NCBI GenBank assembly: GCA_963785235.1
Contig: CAWAUM010000002.1
Span: 257,308 to 321,307 of the forward strand
Direction: 5' to 3'
DNA from: an uncultured delta proteobacterium
GTDB taxonomy: Bacteria > Desulfobacterota > Desulfomonilia > UBA1062
Length of the DNA: 64,000 nucleotides
Below, in pieces: positions 22,489 through 33,100 of this stretch; position 1 is the first letter of the stretch; each line of letters starts with the position of its first letter. The notes below the pieces were generated by a model, which worked only from the letters and a program-made list of their open reading frames with translations, was not told the origin of the DNA and did no database searches. The position numbers were made by a program, and so were the translations under genes.

Positions 22489-23350
22489 ATGGATTTCCAA
22501 GAATTAATACTGAATTTACACGATTACTGGTCACGGTACGGTTGCCTCATTGCCCAGCCCTATGATCTTGAGGTCGGCGCCGGCACCTTCAACCCTTCCA
22601 CGTTCCTGCGGGTTCTGGGCCCTGAGCCATGGAACGTCGCCTATGTCGAGCCCAGCAGAAGGCCCACTGACGGCCGCTACGGGGAAAATCCCAACAGGCT
22701 CCAGCACTACTACCAGTACCAGGTCATCCTGAAGCCCTCCCCGCTCGATGTCCAGGAGATCTACCTGGACAGCCTGAGACAGCTCGGCATCGATACACGA
22801 GAGCACGACATCCGCTTCGTGGAGGACGACTGGGAATCCCCAACGCTTGGCGCGTGGGGGCTTGGCTGGGAGGTGTGGCTGGACGGCATGGAAATCACCC
22901 AGTTCACCTACTTCCAGCAGGTAGGAGGCTTTGACCTGGATCCGGTATGCACCGAGATCACCTATGGCCTGGAGCGCATCGCCATGTATCTCCAGAACAA
23001 GGGCTCGGTCTATGATATAAAGTGGAAAGATAACTGGAACTATGGGTATGTGCACCATAAAGGCGAGGTGCAGTGGTCCAAATACAACTTCGAGCTCGCC
23101 GACGTACAGATGCTCCTGGAGCTCTTCAGGCTCTACGAGGAAGAGGGCAAGCGTATCGCCCTGCAGGCGTTTGTGCCTGCCGGTCTATGATATGTGCCTC
23201 AAGTGTTCGCACATCTTCAACCTGCTGAACGCGCGCGGCGCCATCAGTACCACCGAGCGCCAGTCGTATGTGCTCAGGGTCCGCGAGCTGGCACGTACGG
23301 CTGCCAGGTTGTACCTGGATGATATCCAGGCAAAGGGCGAGGTGGCGTGA
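22489..23350 (+). CDS. glyQ: Glycine-tRNA ligase alpha subunit, frameshift near 23,170
   Basis: [27 protein letters not shown] and EITYGLER; the tail [18 protein letters not shown] is in a second frame. Confidence 0.95.
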
Positions 23351-24400
23351 TGGCCAAGACACTGCTCTTCGAAATCGGCACCGAGGAGATCCCCTCGGGC
23401 TTCATCGTTCCTGCGCTGAACTTCATGAAGGCCTCAATCACCGAGAAGCTTTCTGCGCTGAAGTTCGAGCACGAAGAAGTTCAGATGTTCTCTACGCCCC
23501 GGAGGTTCGCCTTCAGGATAGCCGGCATGACCGAGACCCTGCCGGATGCCATGGAGACCAAGATGGGCCCGCCCAAAGGCATAGCCTTCGACAAGGAAGG
23601 CAACCCCACCAAGGCAGGCCTCGGATTCGCCCAGACCTGTGGCGTTGACATCACTGAGGTGGTCATCGCAAAGACACCAAAGGGTGAATACTTAAGCGTT
23701 ACCAGGAATATACCCGGGAAATCCGCCATGGAGGTCCTGCCCGAAATACTCGAGGAGATGATCCTCAAGATCCCGTTCACCAAGACCATGCGGTGGTCAA
23801 ACCCTGATGTGCGTTTTGCCCGGCCCGTTCATTGGATACTGGCCATGTTCGGCCAGGAAGTGCTTCCGGTGAAATTCGGCAATATCAAGGCCGGCAGGCT
23901 AACCTATGGCAACAGGTTCATGACAAAAGACCCTATCGAGATAACAAGCCCCGATGACTACGAGCAGATCCTGGAAAAGGCCTATGTCATCCCGGACCTG
24001 GAAAAGCGGAAGGCTGCCATCTGGAAGGCGGTTGAGGACCAGGCCAAGAAAATCGGCGCCGAGGTCCTGGACAAGGACCTGCTTGCCGAGGTGGCGGACC
24101 TTCTGGAATACCCGCACCCCATCATCGGCACCTTTGACGAGGCATTCTTAAGGCTCCCCAAGGAAGTCCTTGTCACGGTAATGAAGCACCACCAGAGATA
24201 CTTCCCCATGTATGCCGCGCTCGACAGCTCGAAACTCAAGGCATCATTCGGGGCATTCAGCAACATCGTACCCAAGGACGATGCCGTTGTGAGGACCGGC
24301 AACGAGCGGGTTCTCAAGGCCCGGTTGGATGATGCCCGCTATTTCTTTGATGAGGATCTCAAGGTGCCACTGAAGGTGTATGCGGATCGCCTCAAGAACG
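23347..24400 (+). CDS. glyS: Glycine-tRNA ligase beta subunit, N-terminal half only (truncated at the junction)
   Basis: [18 protein letters not shown]...FARPVHW, HQRYFP and [17 protein letters not shown]; homology ends at RLKNV. Confidence 0.92.
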
Positions 24401-24401
24401 T

Positions 24402-24911
24402 CAGCGCAACGTCCGCCTCTATTCCAGCTGGGACGCCGATGCCGTCGAGATCGACAGCACCAGGGTCAACTGGCGGTCCATCACCCCCGCCCAGATGGCC
24501 CGCTACAAGCTGCGCCAGGACCCCGGCCCGCTGAACGCGCTCGGCAGGGTGAAATTCGTCTTCCCCAACCGCTTTGCCATCTACATGCACGACACGCCGA
24601 AACGCGATCTCTTCAGCCAGTCGGCAAGAAATTTCAGTCACGGCTGCATCCGGGTCAGCGACCCCCTGGCCCTGGCCGCCTTCGCCCTGGAAGAGGAGAA
24701 AAAAGACTGGACCGTGGAGAAAATCAAAGAGACCATCGATACCGGCAGACGAAAGATCGTCCAGTTGACAGCCCCTCTTTCGGTCCATCTCACATATCAG
24801 ACAACTTGGGTTGACAAAGAGGGATCAATCCATTTTAATAGGGACGTTTATGGCAGGGACACCGAACTTTCCCTTGCATTATTAGGAGAAAACCACCCAA
24901 TGAGAAACTAA
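24402..24911 (+). CDS. C-terminal part of an L,D-transpeptidase (YcbB/LdtD-like), 5'-truncated
   Basis: The frame from 24402 reads QRNVRLYSSW...RQDPGPLNALGRVKFVFPNRFAIYMHDTP...SHGCIRV. Confidence 0.88.
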   Translation, partial: QRNVRLYSSWDADAVEIDSTRVNWRSITPAQMARYKLRQDPGPLNALGRVKFVFPNRFAIYMHDTPKRDLFSQSARNFSHGCIRVSDPLALAAFALEEEKKDWTVEKIKETIDTGRRKIVQLTAPLSVHLTYQTTWVDKEGSIHFNRDVYGRDTELSLALLGENHPMRN

Positions 24912-24926
24912 ACTTCAGGATGCCAG

Positions 24927-25490
24927 ATGCCAACCAACGAGACCTTTAAACGATTTTTTCTAAGCCGGCGCAAATTTCTCGCCGCCTCCGCCCAGTTGGC
25001 CATCGGCCTGCTGCTGAGTACCCCGCTCGATGCCATTTCAAGCACCATCGAACCCCACATGCTCTCATTCATCCACACCCACACCGGAGAGCAGCTTGAA
25101 ATCAATTACATTCCCGGCAAATGCCCACTGACGGCCAAATCACAGCTTAAAACCTTCCTCCGTGATTTCCGCACCGGCGACACCCATGTCATCGACACGG
25201 CCCTGATGGACATACTCACCCGCATCCAGCGGCTCAGCGGTAGCAAGGGCGTCTACGAGGTCATTTCCGGCTACCGTTCGCCCCGTACCAACGCCTACCT
25301 GCGCGCCAAGAGCGCGGGCGTGGCCAGGGACAGTCTGCACATGCGGGGCAAGGCGATTGATGTCCGCCTCACCGATGTACGGACCAGGGAACTGCGGGAT
25401 ATTGCCAGGCAGCTTCGCTTCGGCGGGGTCGGTTATTATGCCAAATCGGACTTTGTCCACCTCGATACCGGCCAGTTCCGCCACTGGTAG
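24927..25490 (+). CDS. YcbK/MepK (DUF882) peptidase M15, Tat-exported
   Basis: SRRKFL signal, ISGYRSP.TN, SLHM.GKAID and FVHLDTG; follows the ycbB-like gene. Confidence 0.9.
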   Translation: MPTNETFKRFFLSRRKFLAASAQLAIGLLLSTPLDAISSTIEPHMLSFIHTHTGEQLEINYIPGKCPLTAKSQLKTFLRDFRTGDTHVIDTALMDILTRIQRLSGSKGVYEVISGYRSPRTNAYLRAKSAGVARDSLHMRGKAIDVRLTDVRTRELRDIARQLRFGGVGYYAKSDFVHLDTGQFRHW

Positions 25491-25530
25491 GGAAAGGGCC
25501 GCTGGTTTTCCAGCGGCCCTTTCCTTTTTC
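25491..25530 (+). terminator. Intrinsic terminator
   Basis: GGAAAGGGCCGCTGG-TTTT-CCAGCGGCCCTTTCC perfect stem followed by a T-run. Confidence 0.85.
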
Positions 25531-25604
25531 CACCGCCCGCCTTGCACGGGCGGCGTTCTCTTTTAACCCTCTGATATTCATCTGGAACAGGCCGGCTATC
25601 GCTC

Positions 25605-27050
25605 ATGGTTATCGACATAGACGAATTCCTCGCGACAGTGGCCGAAGTCGTTGCCGGGACCAGCACCCCGGTCGTCGATCTTATCGCAGTTCAGACCGAG
25701 GACCCGTTCAAGATCCTCGTTGCCACCATCCTTTCGGCCCGCACCAAGGACGAGGTAACCGCCCGGGCTGCCGACCGTCTCTTTAAGGTGGCCGACACCG
25801 TCGAGGCTCTCGACCTACTTTCCGAACAGGCAATCGCCGAGTGCATTTATCCGGTCGGCTTCTACAAAAGCAAGGCCCGTTACCTCAAGCAGCTCCCCGG
25901 CGCCATCAAGGCCTGCGGCAACCGGGTACCCGAAACCATCGAGGAACTGCTCACCCTGCCCGGCGTCGGCCGAAAGACCGCCAACTTGGTCCGCAGCGTC
26001 GCCTTCGGCAAACCGGCGATCTGCGTCGATACCCATGTCCATCGAATCATGAATATCTGGGAATATGTCGAGACCGATACCCCCCTCGAAACGGAGATGG
26101 CCCTGCGCGAAAAGCTGCCGGAGCGGCACTGGCGGCAGGTGAATTCCCTGCTGGTCGCCTTCGGTCAGTCGCTCTGCCGGCCGGTCAGTCCCCATTGCGA
26201 TGTCTGCCCCCTCCTTGGCAGATGTCCACAACACGGCGTCACCCCGAGAAAAATAATGAAAAAATCCGCGGATAACGGCAGAAGGCCCCTCAGGTTTATC
26301 TCTTGGAACGTCAACGGCATCAGGGCCGTCGAACAGAAAGGCTTCAGCGGACTGTTGAGCGGCTTTGACGCCGACATCATCGCCATCCAGGAGACCAAGG
26401 CCCACCCCGACCAGCTTTCGCCGGAACTGAAGGAGATACCTGGCTATACCTCTTACTGGTACAGCGCCGAGAGAAGGGGCTATTCCGGGGTCGCCTGCTA
26501 CAGTCGGCTGGCGCCGCTGCGGGTCATGACTGGCCTGGGCGACCCGGAATTCGACTGCGAAGGACGGGTGCTCACCCTGGAATTTCCCGGTTTCTATTTC
26601 TCCAACGTATACTTTCCCAACAGCGGCGAGGGCTTGAAACGGCTCGACTATAAACTCCGCTTCAATCATGCCCTGGTCGCCTTCGCCTCCCGCCTGCGGG
26701 ACGAGAAGACTGTGGTGCTCTGCGGCGACCTCAACGTCGCCCACAAGGAAATCGACCTGAAAAACCCGGCGGCGAACGTCAAAAACGCCGGCTTCACCCC
26801 GGAGGAGCGGGCCTGGATGGACTCCTTCATCGAGGCAGGATTCGTCGACACCTTCCGGATGTTCAACCAGGAACCGGAACAGTATACCTGGTGGAGCTAT
26901 CGCTTCAATGCCAGGGCCAAGAATGTCGGATGGCGTATCGACTACTTCTGCATCGATCAGAAGAGCCGTGACAAGGTGCACGGTGCAGCCATCCTCCTTG
27001 ACGTCATGGGCTCGGATCACTGCCCGGTGCAGCTCGAATTCCTCCCCTGA
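25605..27050 (+). CDS. Endonuclease III (Nth) - exodeoxyribonuclease III (Xth) fusion
   Basis: LPGVGRKTAN, VDTHV and C-x6-C-x2-C-x5-C, then SWNVNG, QETK, CGDLN, WRIDY and SDHCP in one continuous frame. Confidence 0.9.
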   Translation: MVIDIDEFLATVAEVVAGTSTPVVDLIAVQTEDPFKILVATILSARTKDEVTARAADRLFKVADTVEALDLLSEQAIAECIYPVGFYKSKARYLKQLPGAIKACGNRVPETIEELLTLPGVGRKTANLVRSVAFGKPAICVDTHVHRIMNIWEYVETDTPLETEMALREKLPERHWRQVNSLLVAFGQSLCRPVSPHCDVCPLLGRCPQHGVTPRKIMKKSADNGRRPLRFISWNVNGIRAVEQKGFSGLLSGFDADIIAIQETKAHPDQLSPELKEIPGYTSYWYSAERRGYSGVACYSRLAPLRVMTGLGDPEFDCEGRVLTLEFPGFYFSNVYFPNSGEGLKRLDYKLRFNHALVAFASRLRDEKTVVLCGDLNVAHKEIDLKNPAANVKNAGFTPEERAWMDSFIEAGFVDTFRMFNQEPEQYTWWSYRFNARAKNVGWRIDYFCIDQKSRDKVHGAAILLDVMGSDHCPVQLEFLP

Positions 27051-27089
27051 TTCCTTGCTGCCGGCCTCAACCCGCCGGCAACCTCGGCA

Positions 27090-28196
27090 TCACCTGCACA
27101 GCTCGGCCATCTCGTCTGGGCAGGTCTTAAAGAGATACGTCAGAAGTTTCCGATGTCCGCTCGGGAAGGCGTACTCGGCCAGCTCCTCGGGCAGGACCCA
27201 GCGGCCGTCCTGGGCGGCCTGGAGCCTGGCGACGTGCCCGTCGCCGACCAGGCGGCAGGCGAAACAGTGCAGCACCACCTTGTAGCAGGTGAAGTGGTGG
27301 ATGACGGTGGTTATCCGGCTGCAGACCTCGACCGTAAAGCCGGTCTCCTCCAGATATTCCCTGACAACCGCCTGCTCCGGCGGTTCGCCCTCCTCCAGCC
27401 GGCCGCCGGGAAACTCCCACAGTCCTCCCCAGATATCGTCGGCCAGCCGCTGCTGGATGAAAAGCCGTCCTTCCCTGGCCACAATCCCCGTCGCCATCTC
27501 AATGACGATCGTCTTTCGGCGGCTGCCCGCCACCGGCCGGTCGGCCACGGTTCCCCGCAGGAAGGCAAGGCAGAACCGGGCAAGAGGACAGTCCTCGCAG
27601 CGCGGATTCTTCGGGGTGCAGACCAGGCCACCGAGGTCCATCAGGGCCTGGTTGAAGGCTCTCGCCTTGCCCGCCGGCAGCAGTTCCCAGGCCAACTGCT
27701 CGATACGCCGCCTGCAGCTCCGATCCTTGATCGGCTCGTCAATATCGAAGAGACGGGCGAAGATCCGCATGACGTTGGCATCGATGACCGGCATATCCTG
27801 ATCGCAGGCGATGCTCGCTATGGCCGCCGCGGTATAGGGCCCGATCCCCGGCAGGGAGTGCAGGGCGGCATACTCGCAAGGGATCATGCCGCCATGCTCC
27901 TCGACCAGCACTCGGGCGGCCCGATGCAGATTCCTGGCCCTGGCGTAATAGCCCAGCCCCTCCCAATACTTGAGGATTTCCTGCTCCTCGGCGGCCGCCA
28001 CGGCGGTCACGTCGGGAAAGCGGGCAACCCAGCGCCGGAAATAGTCCACCCCCCGATCCATCTGGGTCTGCTGCAGCATGATCTCGGAAATCCAGACATG
28101 ATACGGATCATAGGTCCGGCGCCAGGGCAGGTCGCGTTTCGTCCGGCGGAACCAGGCCAGCAGTCGTCGCTCGATATGTTCTTTCTTCTCTTTCAT
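27090..28196 (-). CDS. mutY: A/G-specific adenine glycosylase with Nudix-like C-terminus
   Basis: SEIMLQQTQ, WEGLGYYARARNLH, LPGIGPYTA, NQALMDLG..C and WEFPGG. Confidence 0.95.
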   Translation of the reverse strand: MKEKKEHIERRLLAWFRRTKRDLPWRRTYDPYHVWISEIMLQQTQMDRGVDYFRRWVARFPDVTAVAAAEEQEILKYWEGLGYYARARNLHRAARVLVEEHGGMIPCEYAALHSLPGIGPYTAAAIASIACDQDMPVIDANVMRIFARLFDIDEPIKDRSCRRRIEQLAWELLPAGKARAFNQALMDLGGLVCTPKNPRCEDCPLARFCLAFLRGTVADRPVAGSRRKTIVIEMATGIVAREGRLFIQQRLADDIWGGLWEFPGGRLEEGEPPEQAVVREYLEETGFTVEVCSRITTVIHHFTCYKVVLHCFACRLVGDGHVARLQAAQDGRWVLPEELAEYAFPSGHRKLLTYLFKTCPDEMAELCR

Positions 28197-28218
28197 CGGG
28201 ATGCCGCCGCCGGCCGAC

Positions 28219-29163
28219 CTACAAACCCAGCCACTGCAGGCTGAACAGGGCGATGGTATAGGATACGACGGAAAACAGGGTGGAGAGCATGATGATCGAG
28301 CCGGAGAGTTCTGCGTCCCCTTTCATCTGCTGGGCCATGATATAGGCGGCGGTGGCCGTCGGCGTGCCGGCGAAGATCACCCCGATGGCCAGATCTCGGC
28401 CGCCGATCCCGAGAAAAAACAGAATCAAGGCTGTGCACAGGGGCAGCCAGACGATCTTGATAGCGGTGGCGATGAGGGCCTTGGAGAGATCGCCGCGCAA
28501 CTTCTCCAGCGAAAACGAGGCGCCGATGGCCAGCAGGGCCAACGGCAGGGCCATGCCGGTGATGATGTCGAGACTCCGGTCGATCACCTGCGGCAGGGGC
28601 AGTTCCAGAAAACTCCAGAGAATACCGGCAAAGGAGGAAATGATCAGGGGATTGAAGCCGAGCTGCTGGGCCCAGAAGGCCGCGCCGATCCGCTGGCCGT
28701 TATGCCGGTGCGGCAGGAGCAGGGCAATGATCGCCAGGAAATTGAAAAACGGCACGATGAAGCCCAGGAGGATGCCGGCCGCGGCCAGGCCCTCCTCGCC
28801 GAAGGCATTGAAGACAATGGCCAGGCCGATATAGGCGAGATTGCCGCGGAAGGCCCCCTGGCAGAAGCTGCCGCGCACCTCGGGCGGATAGCCGCGAAGG
28901 GCTGCATAGCCGTAGGAGAGCAGGAAGGTCAGAAAGACGCCGGCAAGCAGGCCGAGTAGCAGCATGCTGTTAAAGCTGGCGGTGAAATCGGCCACCGCGA
29001 TCTTATAAAACAGCAGGGCCGGCAGTGCGATATAGTAGATCAGCCGGTTGAGCTGATAGAGAAAAACGCTGTTGACAAGCCCCGTCCGTTTCAGGCTGAA
29101 ACCAAGGCCAATCACCAGAAATACCGGCAGGACGATAAGCAGGATATCGAGAAAGAGGGGCAT
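28219..29163 (-). CDS. AEC (auxin efflux carrier) family transporter
   Basis: About 10 TM helices; YIALPALLF, RGNLAYIG, NPLII and PTATAAY motifs. Confidence 0.88.
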   Translation of the reverse strand: MPLFLDILLIVLPVFLVIGLGFSLKRTGLVNSVFLYQLNRLIYYIALPALLFYKIAVADFTASFNSMLLLGLLAGVFLTFLLSYGYAALRGYPPEVRGSFCQGAFRGNLAYIGLAIVFNAFGEEGLAAAGILLGFIVPFFNFLAIIALLLPHRHNGQRIGAAFWAQQLGFNPLIISSFAGILWSFLELPLPQVIDRSLDIITGMALPLALLAIGASFSLEKLRGDLSKALIATAIKIVWLPLCTALILFFLGIGGRDLAIGVIFAGTPTATAAYIMAQQMKGDAELSGSIIMLSTLFSVVSYTIALFSLQWLGL

Positions 29164-29619
29164 ACGGGATCAGGGTGTTCGAACGTTATGGCTTGACGGC
29201 TGGCGGACCGGCCTGGATGAGCACGAATGTATATTCCCTTCTACCGGACCTGTCAATTCTTCCGGTCAGTCATCGGTCAAAACCAGAAACGACCTCAGCT
29301 ATTTCTGAAACTAGAGGATCCTGTTATGCATGGCATTCCTGCGCAAATACTCCGCAAACCTGGATTCCATTTTTGCCGGGACACTAAGCATTCGGAGCTC
29401 ACAAGTCTCTGCACAACCGTCTTTTTATGTATGATACTCAGAGAGAACCGACTAACAAGTTGCAAAACCCATGACAAGAGATTTATATGTAGTTCAGATC
29501 TGTTATGCAAGGACAATGGAGCCTGTTACCGGTCGCCTCGCAACTTCAGGGCATTCTGGCGGATCTGGAAGGAGGTTTTTTAAATCTGTAACTTGGAGCT
29601 TTCGAGAAACTGCTCAAAC

Positions 29620-29880
29620 ATTTTTTATGTGGGCAAATTTAAATAGCAATGGCAGTGGCAAAACTGCCCTGTCAAAAGTTATTTTCTATGAATCTAATTA
29701 TCCAGATTGCTACCTGCCACGGCAAGCCAACCCATTAGTACCAGTAGTGTATAATAGAGATTTTGTGAAAAGTCATTTTTCACAGAGCAACTCGATTAAA
29801 GGTATTTTCACGTTGGGCATAGATGCCAACGAAGCCAAAATATTTAAAAAAAGAAACTAAGCAAAAAATTGATGAGCACA
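29620..29880 (+). pseudogene. Remnant of an AAA_13/RloC-like ATPase N-terminus
   Basis: NGSGKT Walker A followed by VYNRDFVKSHF...IKGIFTLG, then truncated. Confidence 0.6.
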
Positions 29881-29881
29881 C

Positions 29882-29971
29882 AACAAACAAAAACATACAC
29901 CAGATGGCGAGAACTATGCGGCGCTGAATCGGCATGTTCAAGGTCAGTACTGGTGCTGTAAATCGTTAAAC
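29882..29971 (+). repeat. Degenerate attC-like site
   Basis: AAC-AAAAA-CATACACCAG...CTGGTGCTG-TAAATC-GTTAAAC fits the R''/L''/L'/R' layout. Confidence 0.5.
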
Positions 29972-30112
29972 TCAAGATTGAAGGTTTCGTAATAAGCCCA
30001 TTTCAAAAAACGACGCCTTGTAAATTCAATATGTTATCATCGATAATATGACCATTTGGGGACTTTTTACGGGATCATCAAGATTAATACACCCAATTTC
30101 CGGACATATCCC

Positions 30113-30769
30113 ATGACAGAATACATTGAATTTTATTGGAAAAAAAGAATTGAAACATGCAGGACAGCATTGCAAAAGAATAATTTTGAAGTTTTTCTTG
30201 CTGAAGATCCAGCAGATGCCAACAAATTGATACTTAATGAAATATTTCCCACAATTTCCGTTAGGAGTGTTTCATGGGGCGACTCGATGTCTCTGCACGC
30301 AACCAAGGTTCTCGAAAAGATAGAGGAGAACCAGGATATCGAAATTATCAAGACATTCGAACCTGGTGTGCCACGGGATGAAATCATGGAACGTCGCAGG
30401 CAAGCCTTGCTCGTTGATGTGTTTTTTAGCGGAAGCAATGCTCTTACTGAATCAGGAAAGTTGGTTAATCTCGATATGGTTGGCAATCGAGTTGCCGGAA
30501 TTATCTTTGGACCTAAATACGTAATCATTACAGTTGGAAGAAATAAAATTGTTGCAGAGGTTGAGGAAGCGATGCATCGTATTAAAAATTACGCTGCTCC
30601 CCTGAATGCCATCAGGCATACCGGCTTTAAAACGCCATGTGCAAAAAATTCATACTGTTCCGATTGCAAAAGCCCCGATCGAATATGTAATGTCTGGACA
30701 ATTACCGAAAAATCGTATCCCAAAGGCAGGATTAAGGTCGTAATAATCAACCGGGATCTTGGTTTATAA
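30113..30769 (+). CDS. LUD-domain (lactate utilization/YkgG-like) protein
   Basis: SNALTESGKLVNLDMVGNRVA, GRNKIV and PC..C.DC.SPDRIC. Confidence 0.85.
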   Translation: MTEYIEFYWKKRIETCRTALQKNNFEVFLAEDPADANKLILNEIFPTISVRSVSWGDSMSLHATKVLEKIEENQDIEIIKTFEPGVPRDEIMERRRQALLVDVFFSGSNALTESGKLVNLDMVGNRVAGIIFGPKYVIITVGRNKIVAEVEEAMHRIKNYAAPLNAIRHTGFKTPCAKNSYCSDCKSPDRICNVWTITEKSYPKGRIKVVIINRDLGL

Positions 30770-30867
30770 AAAGCGCGTCCGATGTATAAAGGAAAACGAT
30801 CAGGAACGCCATAACCTGCAAATGAATCTCTCCCTAGAAATCCAGCGCATTAAGGTGGTATATACAT

Positions 30868-30966
30868 GAATGACCAGCCTCTGCAACAGACGGGCAACTG
30901 CGATACTGTTATTTCAGAGTTTACTGTCTCGCGGCGCGGCCGCCGCTGCTGAGCTTATCGTTGGAA
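30868..30966 (+). repeat. Degenerate attC-like site
   Basis: TGACCAGCCTCTGCAACAGAC...GCTGCTGAGCTTATC-GTTGGAA, 35 bp before a gene start. Confidence 0.55.
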
Positions 30967-31000
30967 CTACATAGAAAGTTGATAAAAATCAGGAGGTAGA

Positions 31001-31837
31001 ATGAAAAATGTGATGGCAGTGATCTTCAGTGTGTTTTTTGTGCTGGCGGGATTTGATTGCTCTATGGCCGCCGATCAGGATGTAAAAGGGAGCAAGGATC
31101 GTCCCCTGCTTTCGAGAATGCCCAACTTCTACATATCGGAATATAAGGACACCGAGTTCGACAGCCATAGATTCATCGGCGAAGACAAAAAGCCGATCAG
31201 CATTGAAGGCCACAAATACTACATCGGATACAAGCTGAACAAGGGTGCTGCGGAGCCCGGAGAATTGAAGATACGCAGGAACATCCAGGACGCCTTGAAG
31301 AAGATCGGCGGAAAAGTCGTCTTCGACGATAACTTCAACAGAGTCTCCACAATCGTGCTCCAAAAGGACGGTAAAGAGACCTGGGTCGAGGTCAGGTCCT
31401 TCAATAACATGTACCGACTGTCGATAGTGGAAAAGGAGATCATGAAACAAGAGGTCGTGGCCAGCGCTGAGGTGATGGGCAACGACATCAATTCGACCGG
31501 CCATGTTTCGATATACGGTATATACTTTGACACCGGGAAGTCGGAGATAAAACCCGAATCCGACGCCGCTATCTCGGAAATCGCAAAGCTCCTTGAAAAC
31601 GACGGGGCACTGAAGGTGTATGTCGTCGGCCATACGGACAACGCGGGATCCCTCGATTTCAATATGAAACTTTCGAAAGACCGGGCGGACGCGGTGGCAA
31701 AGACCCTGTCCGGCAAACACGGAATCGCCGCAATGCGGTTGAAACCCTTTGGGGTGGCCTCCCTTTCGCCCGTCGCATCGAACGACACAGAGGACGGAAT
31801 GGCGAAAAACCGACGGGTGGAATTGGTCAAGCAGTAA
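31001..31837 (+). CDS. OmpA-family peptidoglycan-binding protein (DUF4892-like N-terminus)
   Basis: Signal peptide, GSKD.PLLSRMP, IYFDTGK, VVGHTD, LS..RA and NRRVE. Confidence 0.88.
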   Translation: MKNVMAVIFSVFFVLAGFDCSMAADQDVKGSKDRPLLSRMPNFYISEYKDTEFDSHRFIGEDKKPISIEGHKYYIGYKLNKGAAEPGELKIRRNIQDALKKIGGKVVFDDNFNRVSTIVLQKDGKETWVEVRSFNNMYRLSIVEKEIMKQEVVASAEVMGNDINSTGHVSIYGIYFDTGKSEIKPESDAAISEIAKLLENDGALKVYVVGHTDNAGSLDFNMKLSKDRADAVAKTLSGKHGIAAMRLKPFGVASLSPVASNDTEDGMAKNRRVELVKQ

Positions 31838-31943
31838 TACCAACAGACAAAGCTTTGGCGACTTTATTACGCAGACTGCTTATCCTGCTATGAACTACAA
31901 AACACATGGGAGGGAGCAACCTGATTAGGGAAATTTCCAGATG

Positions 31944-32004
31944 CCTGTAAGCCTTTTCAGCGGGCGCGCAAAAAAACCAGCGCGCCCGCTGAGTTCCCAG
32001 TCAA
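31944..32004 (+). repeat. Short attC-like or terminator hairpin
   Basis: TCAGCGGGCGCGC-N10-GCGCGCCCGCTGA perfect 13-bp stem with eroded outer boxes. Confidence 0.4.
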
Positions 32005-32101
32005 TAGGATGATCTCGCTGAAGGTAAATTTAATGAGAAACAATCAACTGAAGCCTGTTCGCTTCAAAAACACACAATTCAAATAAAAGAAGGGCAAAGA
32101 A

Positions 32102-32461
32102 ATGACAAATAACGTTGTTATTACTGTTGCAAGCGGCACTGACGATCCAAATCGCGCGACAAGGGCCATTCATCTGGCAACAGTTGCTCACAAGGAAGGA
32201 AAAAACGTCACCCTGTTTCTTCTCGATGAAGCGGTTTACCTCGCCAAGAAGGGACTATTAGACAATCTTCGGGCCGCGACAGGTGATGTGGCAGATGACC
32301 TCATGACGTATCTGCAGGCGAACGAGGTACCTGTGCTTGCTTGCACTCCGTGCGCCAAGGCCCGTGGGATCTCCAAGGAAGACCTGATTGACGGCGCCAG
32401 GATGGGTACTGCCGTTGAATTGATACATCTTGCCTGCGACGCAACGGTTATCAGTCTGTAG
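32102..32461 (+). CDS. DsrE/DsrF-family protein
   Basis: LFLLDEAVYL and ACTPCAKARG. Confidence 0.85.
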   Translation: MTNNVVITVASGTDDPNRATRAIHLATVAHKEGKNVTLFLLDEAVYLAKKGLLDNLRAATGDVADDLMTYLQANEVPVLACTPCAKARGISKEDLIDGARMGTAVELIHLACDATVISL

Positions 32462-33100
32462 GTCTCGGATACCCCGCGGATCTGGCCAAAATTATGGCTG
32501 GCACACCGACGGGTGTGCAACGGAGTGGCGCTACTGGGTAGGACCAAGCTGACAGATTGTCATGTAGTGTCCATCCGGAATCGGCTCTTTTTCTCTGACT
32601 CTTCGTTGCTCTCAGAATTTAATCCTCCGGTAAGCGAGGTACGAGATTCCGAGATATCAGGTATATGCCTGCGGTTAATTTCATCGAGTGCCTCGATTCA
32701 TGAAAAAACATCTTGTTTCCAAATGAACCCAATTCAATAAAAAATACCGTATAAAACCGACGTTTTTACGGCTATAATACGTTTTTGGCCGGCAAAAAGC
32801 GCATTGCAGGCCTTTGTTTGGCATGGCCAAAGCAATTCGGCACGGCCCCTCCCGCCCGGAATCTGAGCATTCAGGTCCTGGCGGCAGCTTTTTGGGGCCG
32901 AAAAGGAAGTTATCGGGGTAAATAATGCCATTTCAAAGGATTATTACCCTTCAATATCGAGTAGATAACTCAGGTATCCGCTACCAGTACGGGATTGTTT
33001 GCCTCACCTCGTTTCATGGGTAGCATCAAGGAATAATGCGGGTTTACGATGGGGTCGGCGATTACACCCCTTCAACCCATAATAGCAGGAGGAATAGATC

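Noticed and set aside
24400-24534. Novel C-terminal extension of GlyS
   Set aside because: Out-of-frame read-through into the L,D-transpeptidase after the junction.
29310-29390. Possible MITE or IS end (...GGACACTA)
   Set aside because: No convincing matching inverted repeat, target duplication or transposase.
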